From the IMG/VR virus record IMGVR_UViG_3300033120_000868, positions 1 through 64,000 of that record: 64,000 bases of DNA; one strand, given 5' to 3'. How positions within the stretch are numbered: position 1 is the stretch's first letter; each line of letters begins with the position of its first letter. Positions 30,159 to 39,906 of this stretch are shown in pieces. Made by a program: the position numbers and the translations under genes. The stretch comes from a virus (taxonomy: Duplodnaviria > Caudoviricetes). The notes beneath the pieces are model-generated. The model searched no databases and was not told the origin of the DNA. It saw nothing but the letters and a program-made list of their open reading frames with translations.

Positions 30159-30779
30159 TTACTTTAATAACATTAGACGGCAAACTCCAATAGCAAACCC
30201 AATTCCACCTTCATATTCTCCTCCTCCGCAAACTTGCTTAGAACTTCCTAATTCTTCACAACTTATTTCAAATCCTTTTCCTTCTTTATAATAATCCAAA
30301 CCTCTTGTTACACCACATTGAGTATAGTATTTATCTGTTATAAATTCTATCAAATCTTGTGCTGTTTCTAATAAATCATATTCTTTTGTTGGATTTAATA
30401 CTTCAACACCTAATTGTGTAAATTCGCGATAGCGTCCATTTTGAGGCTTTTCTCCTCGAAAACATTCAGCAATATAAAACAGTTTTACATTTTTTTGATT
30501 CTTAAAATAAGTTGATGCTAATTTTTGAACAACTGCTGTGTACTCAGGAGCTAGTACTAAATTCCTTCCGCCTCTATCAGTTAAGTTATACATCATATTA
30601 TTATTCTCTTCTCCCACTTTTCCTGCGAAAATTTCAGCGTGTTGAATAATAGGAATTTGAATTTCTGTAAAACCTTCTGCTTTTAAATATTCACGGCATT
30701 TTTGTAAATACTCTTGCTTTTCATTTCCTAATAATATTCTTGTACCTTTATAGCAGGTATCTTTTATAATTGTGTCCAT
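30159..30779 (-). CDS. histidyl-tRNA synthetase catalytic-core-only protein
   Basis: KGTR, GF.EI..PI, DRGGR.L.L.PEYT, motif 2 FRGEKPQ.GRYREF.Q.GVE, RGLDYY, GGG.Y, motif 3 G.GFAIG..RL; no anticodon-binding domain. Confidence 0.88.
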   Translation of the reverse strand: MDTIIKDTCYKGTRILLGNEKQEYLQKCREYLKAEGFTEIQIPIIQHAEIFAGKVGEENNNMMYNLTDRGGRNLVLAPEYTAVVQKLASTYFKNQKNVKLFYIAECFRGEKPQNGRYREFTQLGVEVLNPTKEYDLLETAQDLIEFITDKYYTQCGVTRGLDYYKEGKGFEISCEELGSSKQVCGGGEYEGGIGFAIGVCRLMLLK

Positions 30780-30784
30780 ACTTT

Positions 30785-32658
30785 CTAAATTAAATCTTCC
30801 AACTGACTAATAAAAACTCTTCTCAAAGCAAGCTCTTCAGAATACTTATCTACTAATTCTGATATACTATCAAAATCCTTGCCTTCTAATCCATGAAGTT
30901 CATTTAAAAGTTCAGAAACTTCTTCACAAGCTGATTTGTGGTGCTGTATTAATTCTTCAATTTTCTGTTTCATTTTTTATCTGTCTTTTTAATTCTTTTT
31001 CGGCGATTTTCTCACAAATTAAATTTTTAGAAACTCCTGTGCAGTATTCACACCTACATTTATATCGAGCTTCTTTTTTCTTCAAACTTTCTTTGTATTT
31101 TTTGCCGTTTCTATCTTTTCTATACGTGTTTGACATAATCTAAATAATCGTTATAATCATTTATGTGATTTTGTTTTAATCCTTGAACATTTTTATGTAA
31201 AACTAACTTTTCAAAAACAGCTTTTTCTCTTTTATCTTTTACTTCGGAAAATCTCCAATCTTTTGAATCAAAATTATAAAGGTTACCATAATAGTACACC
31301 GTATGTTTTTTCCAAACTTCTTCTTTCTCTTTGATATTTTTAGTAAACTCACTCCAAACTATTTGTTCTTTAAAAGCATTTTTAATATTACTGTTTATTG
31401 TTTTTTGAATTTCATGTTTCGCTAAATCTTCTGCTTTTTTAATTTTTTCGGCAAAAGAAAGAGAAGAACTAAAAATTATTTTATATTTATCCATAATTAC
31501 TTTATCTTTAATAACTCTTTTAACTCCATTTTTATCTTACTATCTGTAACTGAATCATATAACCAACGCGCATATCTTTTATCTTCTTCAACTATTGTTT
31601 GAGTTGTTTTTCCTGACATCTTTCCAAAGGGTATTATAGAGTATTCTTTTTCTTCTATTTCAAGCATACTTGGAGACCTCTTTGCGTAAGACTTTTTATT
31701 TCTTTTTACAAAATCTTGAATAGCTTCTGTTTCTTTTTTATCTTCTATTCCGCCACAAACAAACTGAAGAATATTATTTTCATTTAAACAATAATGCTTA
31801 TAACCCACCCACCAATTCGAGCTCGAATCGCGAAAAGCTTTGATAACTATTTTATCTTCTTCTTTTTTAGTTGCCACTATTCTTCTTCAATATATTTTTT
31901 ACCTGTATCAAAATAGAAACCTACTATCCAAAAACGCCAAATAAACTCTTCATTAGGTAAATCATAATACCTCTGAACATAAAATACTTTATTAAAATAT
32001 CTTGTATTTCCATTTAAATATTTTATCTTTCTGTTTACATAACTTATACTTTCATAAACTATACATCCCGAAAAAAGAAATACAATCATTATTAAAGTCA
32101 TATTTATAGCTACTCTTAAATTATCAATAATTTGTCCAACTACTACAATAACTATAAATATACCACAAGCTGTAAACAACCAATTGGCAAACCTATCTAT
32201 AAATTTTTCCATATTCTATATTTTTATTCTGCAAATATACAAAAAGATTTTGACATTTACAAACTTTTTCTTAATATTTTTTGCCCACCTTCAAAAACAA
32301 AAGTAAAACCGTACTTTTCTAATCTCTGATAAATATCTCTTCTTCTACTATCTGCCCAATGAATACAAGTGTATTGTTTCTTATTGAAAGGATTTCCATA
32401 AAACTCAGGAAAATTAAAAACAGCTTCTTTTACCCACATTAATGCCTTAACCCCTCCTTTAGATTTGTAATCTTTATCTTCAAATATATCTATATGTTTT
32501 CTCTTTTTGCCCGAAGAAACAGCAACCCAAAATCTATCTGCTTTAAGAGTTTTATAAACAGAAATCAATACAACATACGTATCACCATTAAATTCTTTTG
32601 ATGTTGCATATAGTTCATATCCTGATTCTCTGTCTCTTTCTTTTAAGCCCCATTCCAT
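30785..32658 (-). other. cluster of five small hypothetical genes (30785, 31120, 31497, 31877, 32257)
   Basis: 31497..31877 ends in a PFGK..G......D..Y..WL domain; 31877..32212 has 2 TM. Confidence 0.65.
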
Positions 32659-32663
32659 AGTTT

Positions 32664-33053
32664 TTATTTTAGACCAAAATCAGCAGGAATTTCTCCCCAA
32701 CTTTTTGTAATCCATTTTTCAATATTTTCAAACTTATTGTTTTTAAGAAACTCTTCAGCTTTCTTAATTCTTGGTTCAATATATTGATTAGTATAACTCG
32801 AATTAGATTTTTTATTTCTAACCCAAGATATTGCTGTAACAGAGTCTGAATAAATAGGTAAGTTTGAGTTTATAGTATTTCTATAATGAATAGCATTACA
32901 AATAGCTAAAAACTCTGCTATATTATTTGTAGCTTCTCCAATATCATATCTAAATAACTCTTTTCCTGTTTCTATATCAACTCCTCTATAATAAGCTTGC
33001 CCAGGATTTCCTGAACAGCCTCCGTCAACCGATATTCCTTTTGTTGGTCTCAT
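32664..33053 (-). CDS. rnhA: ribonuclease H
   Basis: SVDGGCSGNPG, TNNIAEFLAI, IYSDS..A..WV and WGEIPADFG motifs. Confidence 0.93.
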   Translation of the reverse strand: MRPTKGISVDGGCSGNPGQAYYRGVDIETGKELFRYDIGEATNNIAEFLAICNAIHYRNTINSNLPIYSDSVTAISWVRNKKSNSSYTNQYIEPRIKKAEEFLKNNKFENIEKWITKSWGEIPADFGLK

Positions 33054-33156
33054 TTTATTAGTTTTAAAATGCAAATATAGTAATAAAAATTAAATTATGC
33101 AAGTAAAATAAGCTTTTTATTTCACCATGCCAAAAATTACCACCTACTATAGCATA

Positions 33157-34083
33157 CTAATTGTTTTTTCCGTTAATCCAAAAATCAATCATATCAAATT
33201 CTAAATAAGGCTTTTTCTTATACACCTCTTTAACAGTAGATATTTCATTTAAAATAATAGTATTATCAACAGTTTTTTCTGAAACAACTATCTCCTCTTT
33301 AATAGATAATGTTTCAAAAGAAGAAGTTTGTTCTTCTACTAACCAACCATTCCTGTAAGTTATTTTATTACTTAAAGTAAAGTATTTTTTTAATTGTAAA
33401 TACTCTGAATAAGTTGCTTTTTGAACTTTTTTAAACTCTCTTTTTGTTTTTATAAATCCTTTTTCGCGCAATTTTTTCTTGTAGTAAGCACCACTAGATT
33501 TTATATCGCGTATTTTATTATCTTCACTATGTTTTAAATCTCCAAAACCTTGTAATGACAGAACAATTTTCTCGTTTACCTCTAAGTTATCTCCAAATTT
33601 ATTTTCATAATATTTAGAAAGTCTTTTAGAGCCGTATGCAATTATTTCACTTCGAGTCTGTTTCTTTTCAATTTGAGTTTTTTGAGTTTTTTCCATAGAG
33701 AAAACCCTAACAGCTAAAGAATTATAAGCTGTATCTGTTAAATTTACACCAATTTTTATTGGAAGTAATTTATTATTATATTGTTTTTTTAATTTTTGAT
33801 TTCCAACTAAAACAAAATCTCCATTTTTATCAATAAAACAAAGTCCCATATTAATTAACATAGGAACATATTTTTCAATTGTATGTAAAGTAAGATTTGT
33901 TTTCGCGCGTAATAAAGAATAACCACTAATAAATTTTCTATTCTTAGAGGTATATGCATAGTATTTAACTTCACCATCACGAGAAGTCTTTAAAACAGAA
34001 TAAACAGCAATAAGCTTATCTCCACCCTCTTTAAAGAGAGAAGAGTAAAGTTTTGAACTGATTCTTGCTGTTTTATTACTCAT
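33157..34083 (-). CDS. basic protein with two winged-HTH-like segments (possible replication or transcription factor)
   Basis: L...TNL...TI.KY...L...GL and ...YY..KL..KGFI segments; structured leader. Confidence 0.5.
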   Translation of the reverse strand: MSNKTARISSKLYSSLFKEGGDKLIAVYSVLKTSRDGEVKYYAYTSKNRKFISGYSLLRAKTNLTLHTIEKYVPMLINMGLCFIDKNGDFVLVGNQKLKKQYNNKLLPIKIGVNLTDTAYNSLAVRVFSMEKTQKTQIEKKQTRSEIIAYGSKRLSKYYENKFGDNLEVNEKIVLSLQGFGDLKHSEDNKIRDIKSSGAYYKKKLREKGFIKTKREFKKVQKATYSEYLQLKKYFTLSNKITYRNGWLVEEQTSSFETLSIKEEIVVSEKTVDNTIILNEISTVKEVYKKKPYLEFDMIDFWINGKNN

Positions 34084-34426
34084 AGTATTAAATGCGAAAA
34101 GACCTAAAACACAAAAACCTTTCCTGAAGTAGTGAGGGAAAAGTTCTTTTGATGTGTTTTAAGCCTTTCGTCTTAAAAATATTTTTTAATCGTCAATAGC
34201 TCACTACTTCTATATTAGATTACCGATATGTCTTTTTTAACGTCCACTATAAAAGCTAAATGAATTATAAGGGACGGATTGTTTAAACTACAATTCTAAA
34301 GTTAAAATAACCTTACTCATCCTGAGCGTATTCTTGCACCTGTATATGAGGGGACTCTTTTTAAATTTACACAAAACACATATTGCGATTCGCGATTTCC
34401 TTCCTGCAAATGCGGGATGAACTTAG

Positions 34427-34498
34427 TTGATTTAAAAGGATTTGAACCTCTACTAAATGCGTCAAAGGCATTTGTGCTAACCGTTACACTATAAATCA
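34427..34498 (-). tRNA. tRNA-Gln (anticodon UUG)
   Basis: TGATTTA/TAAATCA acceptor stem, GTGT/GCAC D-stem, AATGC-CTTTGAC-GCATT anticodon arm, AGAGG-TTCAAAT-CCTTT T-arm; CCA not encoded. Confidence 0.9.
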
Positions 34499-34903
34499 AT
34501 AAAACCTAACTCCGTAAGTTAGAAGCGTATCTTTAGGTAATACGTTTGCAAGAATAAATCTTTGACCAAGTTCTTCGCAATTTTCGCGCGAACAAAATAA
34601 AAAAGAATCAGGATTACAGCCTCGGTAGAACAACCAACTCCTGAAAACCAACAGATACTATCTTGTTGAGATGATACCGATTAAATCGTAGTTAAGTCCA
34701 TATTTTTAAACTTCAGTTCCGCCTAAAATAATATCACCAATAATAAAATCGCTTTTCATATCTAATTATTTAAAGCACAAAGATACAAAAAGTATTTTAA
34801 TTGTGCAAATACTTTAATAAAAATTTAACTTTTCTATTCAAGCCCGCTGTCTACGAATTGAAGGTAACTGACCTGCTTAAAACAGAATAATTAAATTATG
34901 ATG

Positions 34904-35012
34904 CAAATATACAACAAATAATCGAGACCACCAAATAAGTTAAATATTTTTTCACATTTAGTTAAATATCTGTTAATTAATTTGCATGTTAAATTTTAAT
35001 TTCGTATATTTG
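34904..35012. promoter_or_regulatory. divergent promoter pair at the strand switch
   Basis: minus-strand TATATTTG at ~34904 and plus-strand TTTG(34981)-N20-TATATTTG(35005). Confidence 0.75.
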
Positions 35013-35029
35013 CAGAATAATAATTAAAG

Positions 35030-35248
35030 ATGCGACTTACATATAATGAATTTTACGAGCAATTGTGGGGAAATATATCAGATAATATAGTGTCTGAAGA
35101 GTTTTTAAATTCTAACCCTGAGTATATTGACGCACTTACTTTTGAGCTGTATCGTATGTATGATATGGATGAAACTTTACAATTTACAACTTTAAGAAGA
35201 TTAACAGAGAGTTTTTTCTTCACTTTATTCAGATTAAAACCAATTTAA
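35030..35248 (+). CDS. hypothetical protein
   Basis: first ORF after the plus-strand promoter. Confidence 0.65.
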   Translation: MRLTYNEFYEQLWGNISDNIVSEEFLNSNPEYIDALTFELYRMYDMDETLQFTTLRRLTESFFFTLFRLKPI

Positions 35249-35251
35249 AAT

Positions 35252-35620
35252 ATGGCGGATAAAAACATTCCAGCAATAAATGGAATACCTTATAAAAGTG
35301 ATTTAGATAAAATAGAAAAGATTCTAACTATTTATTCAATTGTAAAAGAGATTAAATTCCGCGATTTTGAAAAGGATGTTTTAAAGTATTATTTAGTTTA
35401 CGGTTACAATAAAGAAACTCAAGAAATGATAATGGAAGACCTTGGAAAGTCAGACGTTAATATAAGAGTTACGGATACATGGCTTAGAAAGAATGGCTTT
35501 TTAAATCTCGGAGTAAACAATAAACGAAAATCTTCACTTTCAAAAGATATGGAAATGATGAGAAAGGATTTTATCTTAGATAAAAAAGATGTATATGCTT
35601 TAATTTTTAAAAGAGAATGA
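35252..35620 (+). CDS. hypothetical protein, possible HTH
   Basis: EDLGKSDVNIRVTDTWLRKNGFL segment. Confidence 0.6.
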   Translation: MADKNIPAINGIPYKSDLDKIEKILTIYSIVKEIKFRDFEKDVLKYYLVYGYNKETQEMIMEDLGKSDVNIRVTDTWLRKNGFLNLGVNNKRKSSLSKDMEMMRKDFILDKKDVYALIFKRE

Positions 35621-36039
35621 CATTCACAGAAGATATAGTTGATGAGTGGGAAAAGAGAACAGGAAAACCTCGCGAACTTTTAGAGGAAATGTTAAGGATA
35701 CATGCTGACTATATTTATGATAAAGCTGTAAACGACCCCGAAGCATATAGATTAAAACTTCCACACTTAGCATTATTAAATTTTAATTTTTTTGCTTCAG
35801 ATGTTGGAAGGGTAAATTACAAAGACGATGAACCTCTTTTAAAATCAATACAACAAAAAAGAATAAATTTAATAAAAGATTTTACAACAGATGAAGTTAA
35901 TTTTTTACAACCGCAATGTTTAACAGATGAATTGAAGGCGGATAAGAGATACATAAGAAAGATATATTTTAAAATGAAAGAGTTTTATGACAGAATGGCA
36001 GAAAGAAGTAATGAAAAAGCTAAGGAATATTATTCTTAG
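35617..36039 (+). CDS. HU/IHF-like protein
   Basis: N-terminal DIVDE..KRTG.P...LEEM...YI...LKLPHLA.L.F resembles the HU fold. Confidence 0.45.
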   Translation: MTFTEDIVDEWEKRTGKPRELLEEMLRIHADYIYDKAVNDPEAYRLKLPHLALLNFNFFASDVGRVNYKDDEPLLKSIQQKRINLIKDFTTDEVNFLQPQCLTDELKADKRYIRKIYFKMKEFYDRMAERSNEKAKEYYS

Positions 36040-36298
36040 CAGACAGAATTACAAGAAAAATAATATATTAACACTCGAACAGCAACAACGGCTTAAAATT
36101 TGCAAGAGTTGCCCACTGAACTCAGATAACAAAAAAGTTAAGAGTTTTCGAGATAAAATTTTTATAAAACTAAATAAGTTTTTTGATTTTTTATTTGATA
36201 TAAAAGTAACAGAAGAAGCAATATGCACAGAGTGTGGTTGTAATTTAATACATAAAACAAGTCAAACAGAAGAAAATTGCCCAAAGAAAAAATGGTAG
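36011..36298 (+). CDS. Cys-rich zinc-binding protein
   Basis: RL.IC..CP ... C.ECGC.L..KT.....CP..KW. Confidence 0.7.
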   Translation: MKKLRNIILSRQNYKKNNILTLEQQQRLKICKSCPLNSDNKKVKSFRDKIFIKLNKFFDFLFDIKVTEEAICTECGCNLIHKTSQTEENCPKKKW

Positions 36299-36564
36299 AA
36301 AATATTTACATTAAAAAAGGAGAGACCTTTGAGAAGAAAGTGTTTTTTGAAGGATTAGATTATTTACGTTCAAAAACATCTTGTGGCTGTACAGCGACAA
36401 AAGAAGTAGAAGTAAAAAAAGAAGGTTTTGAAGTTACAATATCTTATAAAGGAAGTAAAATAGGAAAAGTAAATCAATGGATTAAGTTTTTAGTCACTAA
36501 AAGAGGAGAAAATAACCCGTATGAAATTATGTTAAACTTAAAAGGAGAGGTAAGTGAATTATAA
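36292..36564 (+). CDS. DUF1573-like Ig-fold protein
   Basis: TSCGCT motif and C-terminal L.LKGEV. Confidence 0.6.
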   Translation: MVENIYIKKGETFEKKVFFEGLDYLRSKTSCGCTATKEVEVKKEGFEVTISYKGSKIGKVNQWIKFLVTKRGENNPYEIMLNLKGEVSEL

Positions 36565-36760
36565 AAATATAGGATTAAGAGACTTTGGAAAATTTGCAGA
36601 AATGTTTTCAAAGGTAGAAAATGGATATTCTTTAGGAGAAACATTTTATGCAGTTTTAAGAGCAACAAAAGTAACAACAATTAACGAATTGATGCAAAAG
36701 TCTGATGAAGAAATTGCCTCATCAATAAATAAAGCTTTATACGAAGAAGATGGACAGTAA
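36554..36760 (+). CDS. hypothetical protein
   Basis: 68-aa ORF in operon. Confidence 0.6.
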   Translation: MNYKNIGLRDFGKFAEMFSKVENGYSLGETFYAVLRATKVTTINELMQKSDEEIASSINKALYEEDGQ

Positions 36761-37169
36761 TCAACTATTATTAGAAAAAATTATAAAAGACTTTAATGAT
36801 TATCAAGCATTTGAAAAAATCGCTGAAGAAAAAATTAAAGCAGGGCAGAATAGAGAACAACTAAAAGACCTAACAGAAGAAGCAATAGAAGAACATTCAA
36901 ATAAAATATTGGATTCTGTTTTAGTATCTTCTGACTCAAGACTACGCTTTGAAAACTTAATGTACTTAATTCAAGTGTATGTAGAAATCGGCGGAGAAAA
37001 AATTCCAAAAGAAATAGAAGAATACTACAACAAAAACCTAAAATTTAAAGCTAAAAAAATATTCGTTTTAGAAAAGAACACCCTCATTCCAACAGATGAA
37101 ACATTATTGCAAGATGCAAGAAACCAATTAAAACAAAGATTTAATTTCAACCAAGCCTCCAAACAATAG
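36750..37169 (+). CDS. hypothetical helical protein upstream of TerL
   Basis: 139-aa ORF; a TerS role is not supported beyond position. Confidence 0.6.
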   Translation: MDSNQLLLEKIIKDFNDYQAFEKIAEEKIKAGQNREQLKDLTEEAIEEHSNKILDSVLVSSDSRLRFENLMYLIQVYVEIGGEKIPKEIEEYYNKNLKFKAKKIFVLEKNTLIPTDETLLQDARNQLKQRFNFNQASKQ

Positions 37170-37180
37170 GAGGCTTTTAC
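37153..37180 (+). terminator. intrinsic terminator-like hairpin
   Basis: AAGCCTCC-AAACAATA-GGAGGCTT followed by TT. Confidence 0.55.
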
Positions 37181-37191
37181 CGTTTTTATAT

Positions 37192-39843
37192 ATGAGTGCA
37201 GAAATAATAAATAGTATTGTAAAGGAAGAGAAAAAACACTTTAAAAAATATAAACAGTATATAGAAACTAATAATTGGGCTTTTTTAGTATGGAATCAAA
37301 AAGGAAAACCTAAGTTAGACACTGATATTAGAAAAGAAGAGTTTAATTTACATAATAATATTATAAACACTATTTTGACACGCCTTAAAGTGGCGGCTAA
37401 AAAAAGTGAAGGAAGTCACCACTTAAAATCTTTTAAAGACTATGTAGGAGAAATAAAAAACCTACTAGAGCTACATAAACAGAGAGCTGAAGAATATATG
37501 TTATCTTCAGACGTGCTTGAGAAATCTAAAGACGATGAATCTTCTGAATTACGTTCAAATGAAATTGATTTCCACAGACATTTACATCAAACTACAGCAA
37601 AAGTTTTAGAGGACTTCAACTCTATGAACTTAAAGCTCGATGACGAGAGGGCTGCTGATGGTATAGAGTTTTATGATAATGTAAAAGCTCCATTATCAAT
37701 GCACAATGTATTAGTTGAGTTATACCCACAGATTCAAAGAACATTAGATGAAATTGGTATTGATTTTACATCTCCGCCTAAAAATGAGATGTTAATTAAT
37801 ATACCTAACCCACCAAAATGGAATACAGATAAACACTACTTTCACCAGGAAAAAGAAACTTTACAGTTTTATGTTGACGAGTTTAAGAAAATTAAAAACG
37901 GGATAAACATAGATGGCGTTTATATTTCAGGGTGGGCTTACTATCATATAAATGTATTTGTAACTCCAATTCCACATAAAGTTTGGAATCCTTTAAAAAG
38001 TGACTATGACTCAGAGGATAAGATTATAAATCCGCCTCTTAGGGACTCAGATTGGATGCTTTTTGAAAATAGAGCTTTACAAGAGAGTACTAAAACTTTG
38101 TTTATGTTTGTTGCTGCTACAAGACGTGCCGCAAAAACAACAGCAGAAGCATCTATGTTAGGTCATGCAGCAACAGTAGGTAAGAAAGAATTACTTTGTG
38201 CAGGCTCTAATGCAAAAGATTTAGGACAGCTCGCAAAAAACTTTAAAACAGACACTCTTTATAAGAATCCTGCTTTTGCAATATATAACGTAGCAAATGA
38301 TTGGAGTAAAAAAATTGAGATAGGTATTAAAACCAAAACTCAAAAAACTATACCTTTATCCACTTTACATATCATTAATACAGATGATGGTAACAATAAA
38401 GAGATATTTGCGGGTTATACTCCTGACCTTGTAGTGATAGATGAGGCTATGAAAAGTAAATTCTTAGAAGCTTTAGAAGGACTTATTCCAGCTATGCAAG
38501 GTAGTGATGGAATGATTAGAGCTTTTGGTATGTTATCAGGAACGGGTGGAACGGAAAAGCTATCTGAAGATGGATATAAATCTTTATCAGACCCAGCTAC
38601 TTATGATATTTTACCTATGCAATGGCAAATACTAGAAAGAGGAGTAGATGAAAAATTTATAACTTGGAGAGAGGATAAAAAGAGACCTTTTGGTACATTT
38701 ATTCCTGGACAGTGTAGAGTAGATATGCCTAAAATAAAAGGTAATTTAGCTGACTACTTAGGAGTAGATTCGCCAACACTTAGAAAGATAAGTATAAATA
38801 TAACTGATTGGGAAAAGTCCGCAGAGATAATTAAAGAGAAAAGAAAAAAGGTAGAAAAAGATAGACTTAAACATCAAAAAGAAGTTGTGTACTGTCCTAC
38901 TAAACCTTCAGAAATATTTATGTCAGGAGCTTTAAACCCATTTCCTGTAGAAGAATTAAAAAGAAGAAGAGAAGAGCTTTTAGAAAAAGGAGATACAGGT
39001 AAAAAAGTAACTCTTATACAAGACAATACAGGTAAGATATCTTATGAACTTTCCAACAAAGAATTAGCAGGATATCCACATCCAGGAGGTTTTATTGATG
39101 CTCCAATAGTTTTGTATGAAGAACTTCCTGAAGTTACCCCTCCAACCCATTTATATGTAGCAGGATTTGACGACTATAAACAAGATGAATCAGATACAGA
39201 TTCTGTTGGTTCTTTTCACATCTATAAAGTAAATATTGGAATGGATGAATGGTGTGGAAGAATAGTAGCTTCTTTAGCTACAAGACCTGACCCTCACGGA
39301 AAACTACATAGACAAATATTCTTATTACAACAGGCTTTTAATGCTAAATGTTTTATGGAGAATGCCGATGATAAGTACAAACAATATTTAGAGACTAAAC
39401 GTGTAGCCGATTTATGGTTATATGAGTCAATTGACTTTAAAGGGGATATTACTCAGAAAGCGACTAATAAAAGAAGGTACGGTTGGACTCCAACTCCTCA
39501 AAACATCAGATTCTTAAAGAACTTAGTTATAAACTACACTAAAGAAGAGTTTACAATTTTAAATGAGGACGGAGATGAGATAACAGTTTTAGGTGCTCAA
39601 AGAATAAATGATTTAACTCTTATTCAAGAGATGATTGATTACAGAGAATCTGCCAATGTGGATAGAATGACCTCCTTCATGTCTTGCCTAGGTATTGAAT
39701 ATTACTTATATACAAATTGGCTATTACCAAAACCTGATTGGGAAAAACAAAGGAAAGTTCAAGAAAAACTTAAACCAAAAACAGAGAAAAATCTAGCTCA
39801 AAGAATGTACGGAGGTAGTGTTGGAAAAAGGCGTATTTTTTAA
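37192..39843 (+). CDS. terL: terminase large subunit
   Basis: RRAAKTT Walker A, VVIDEA Walker B, GTGG coupling motif, YVAGFDDY ... DRMTSF nuclease; followed by a portal-like gene. Confidence 0.88.
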   Translation: MSAEIINSIVKEEKKHFKKYKQYIETNNWAFLVWNQKGKPKLDTDIRKEEFNLHNNIINTILTRLKVAAKKSEGSHHLKSFKDYVGEIKNLLELHKQRAEEYMLSSDVLEKSKDDESSELRSNEIDFHRHLHQTTAKVLEDFNSMNLKLDDERAADGIEFYDNVKAPLSMHNVLVELYPQIQRTLDEIGIDFTSPPKNEMLINIPNPPKWNTDKHYFHQEKETLQFYVDEFKKIKNGINIDGVYISGWAYYHINVFVTPIPHKVWNPLKSDYDSEDKIINPPLRDSDWMLFENRALQESTKTLFMFVAATRRAAKTTAEASMLGHAATVGKKELLCAGSNAKDLGQLAKNFKTDTLYKNPAFAIYNVANDWSKKIEIGIKTKTQKTIPLSTLHIINTDDGNNKEIFAGYTPDLVVIDEAMKSKFLEALEGLIPAMQGSDGMIRAFGMLSGTGGTEKLSEDGYKSLSDPATYDILPMQWQILERGVDEKFITWREDKKRPFGTFIPGQCRVDMPKIKGNLADYLGVDSPTLRKISINITDWEKSAEIIKEKRKKVEKDRLKHQKEVVYCPTKPSEIFMSGALNPFPVEELKRRREELLEKGDTGKKVTLIQDNTGKISYELSNKELAGYPHPGGFIDAPIVLYEELPEVTPPTHLYVAGFDDYKQDESDTDSVGSFHIYKVNIGMDEWCGRIVASLATRPDPHGKLHRQIFLLQQAFNAKCFMENADDKYKQYLETKRVADLWLYESIDFKGDITQKATNKRRYGWTPTPQNIRFLKNLVINYTKEEFTILNEDGDEITVLGAQRINDLTLIQEMIDYRESANVDRMTSFMSCLGIEYYLYTNWLLPKPDWEKQRKVQEKLKPKTEKNLAQRMYGGSVGKRRIF

Positions 39844-39879
39844 CTAATTTGGTAAAGATGTTAAAAATTAGTAATTTTG
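39841..39879 (+). promoter_or_regulatory. late-region promoter with extended TAACTAATTT(T)G element; also at 42749, 45655, 59259
   Basis: TAACTAATTTG-N20-TAATTTTG. Confidence 0.7.
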
Positions 39880-39906
39880 CACTTAATTTATTTTTAAACA
39901 AACGAG

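Noticed and set aside
34317-34499. 60-aa ORF MIYSVTVSTNAF...
   Set aside because: It is the translation of the tRNA-Gln gene and the adjacent structured RNA.
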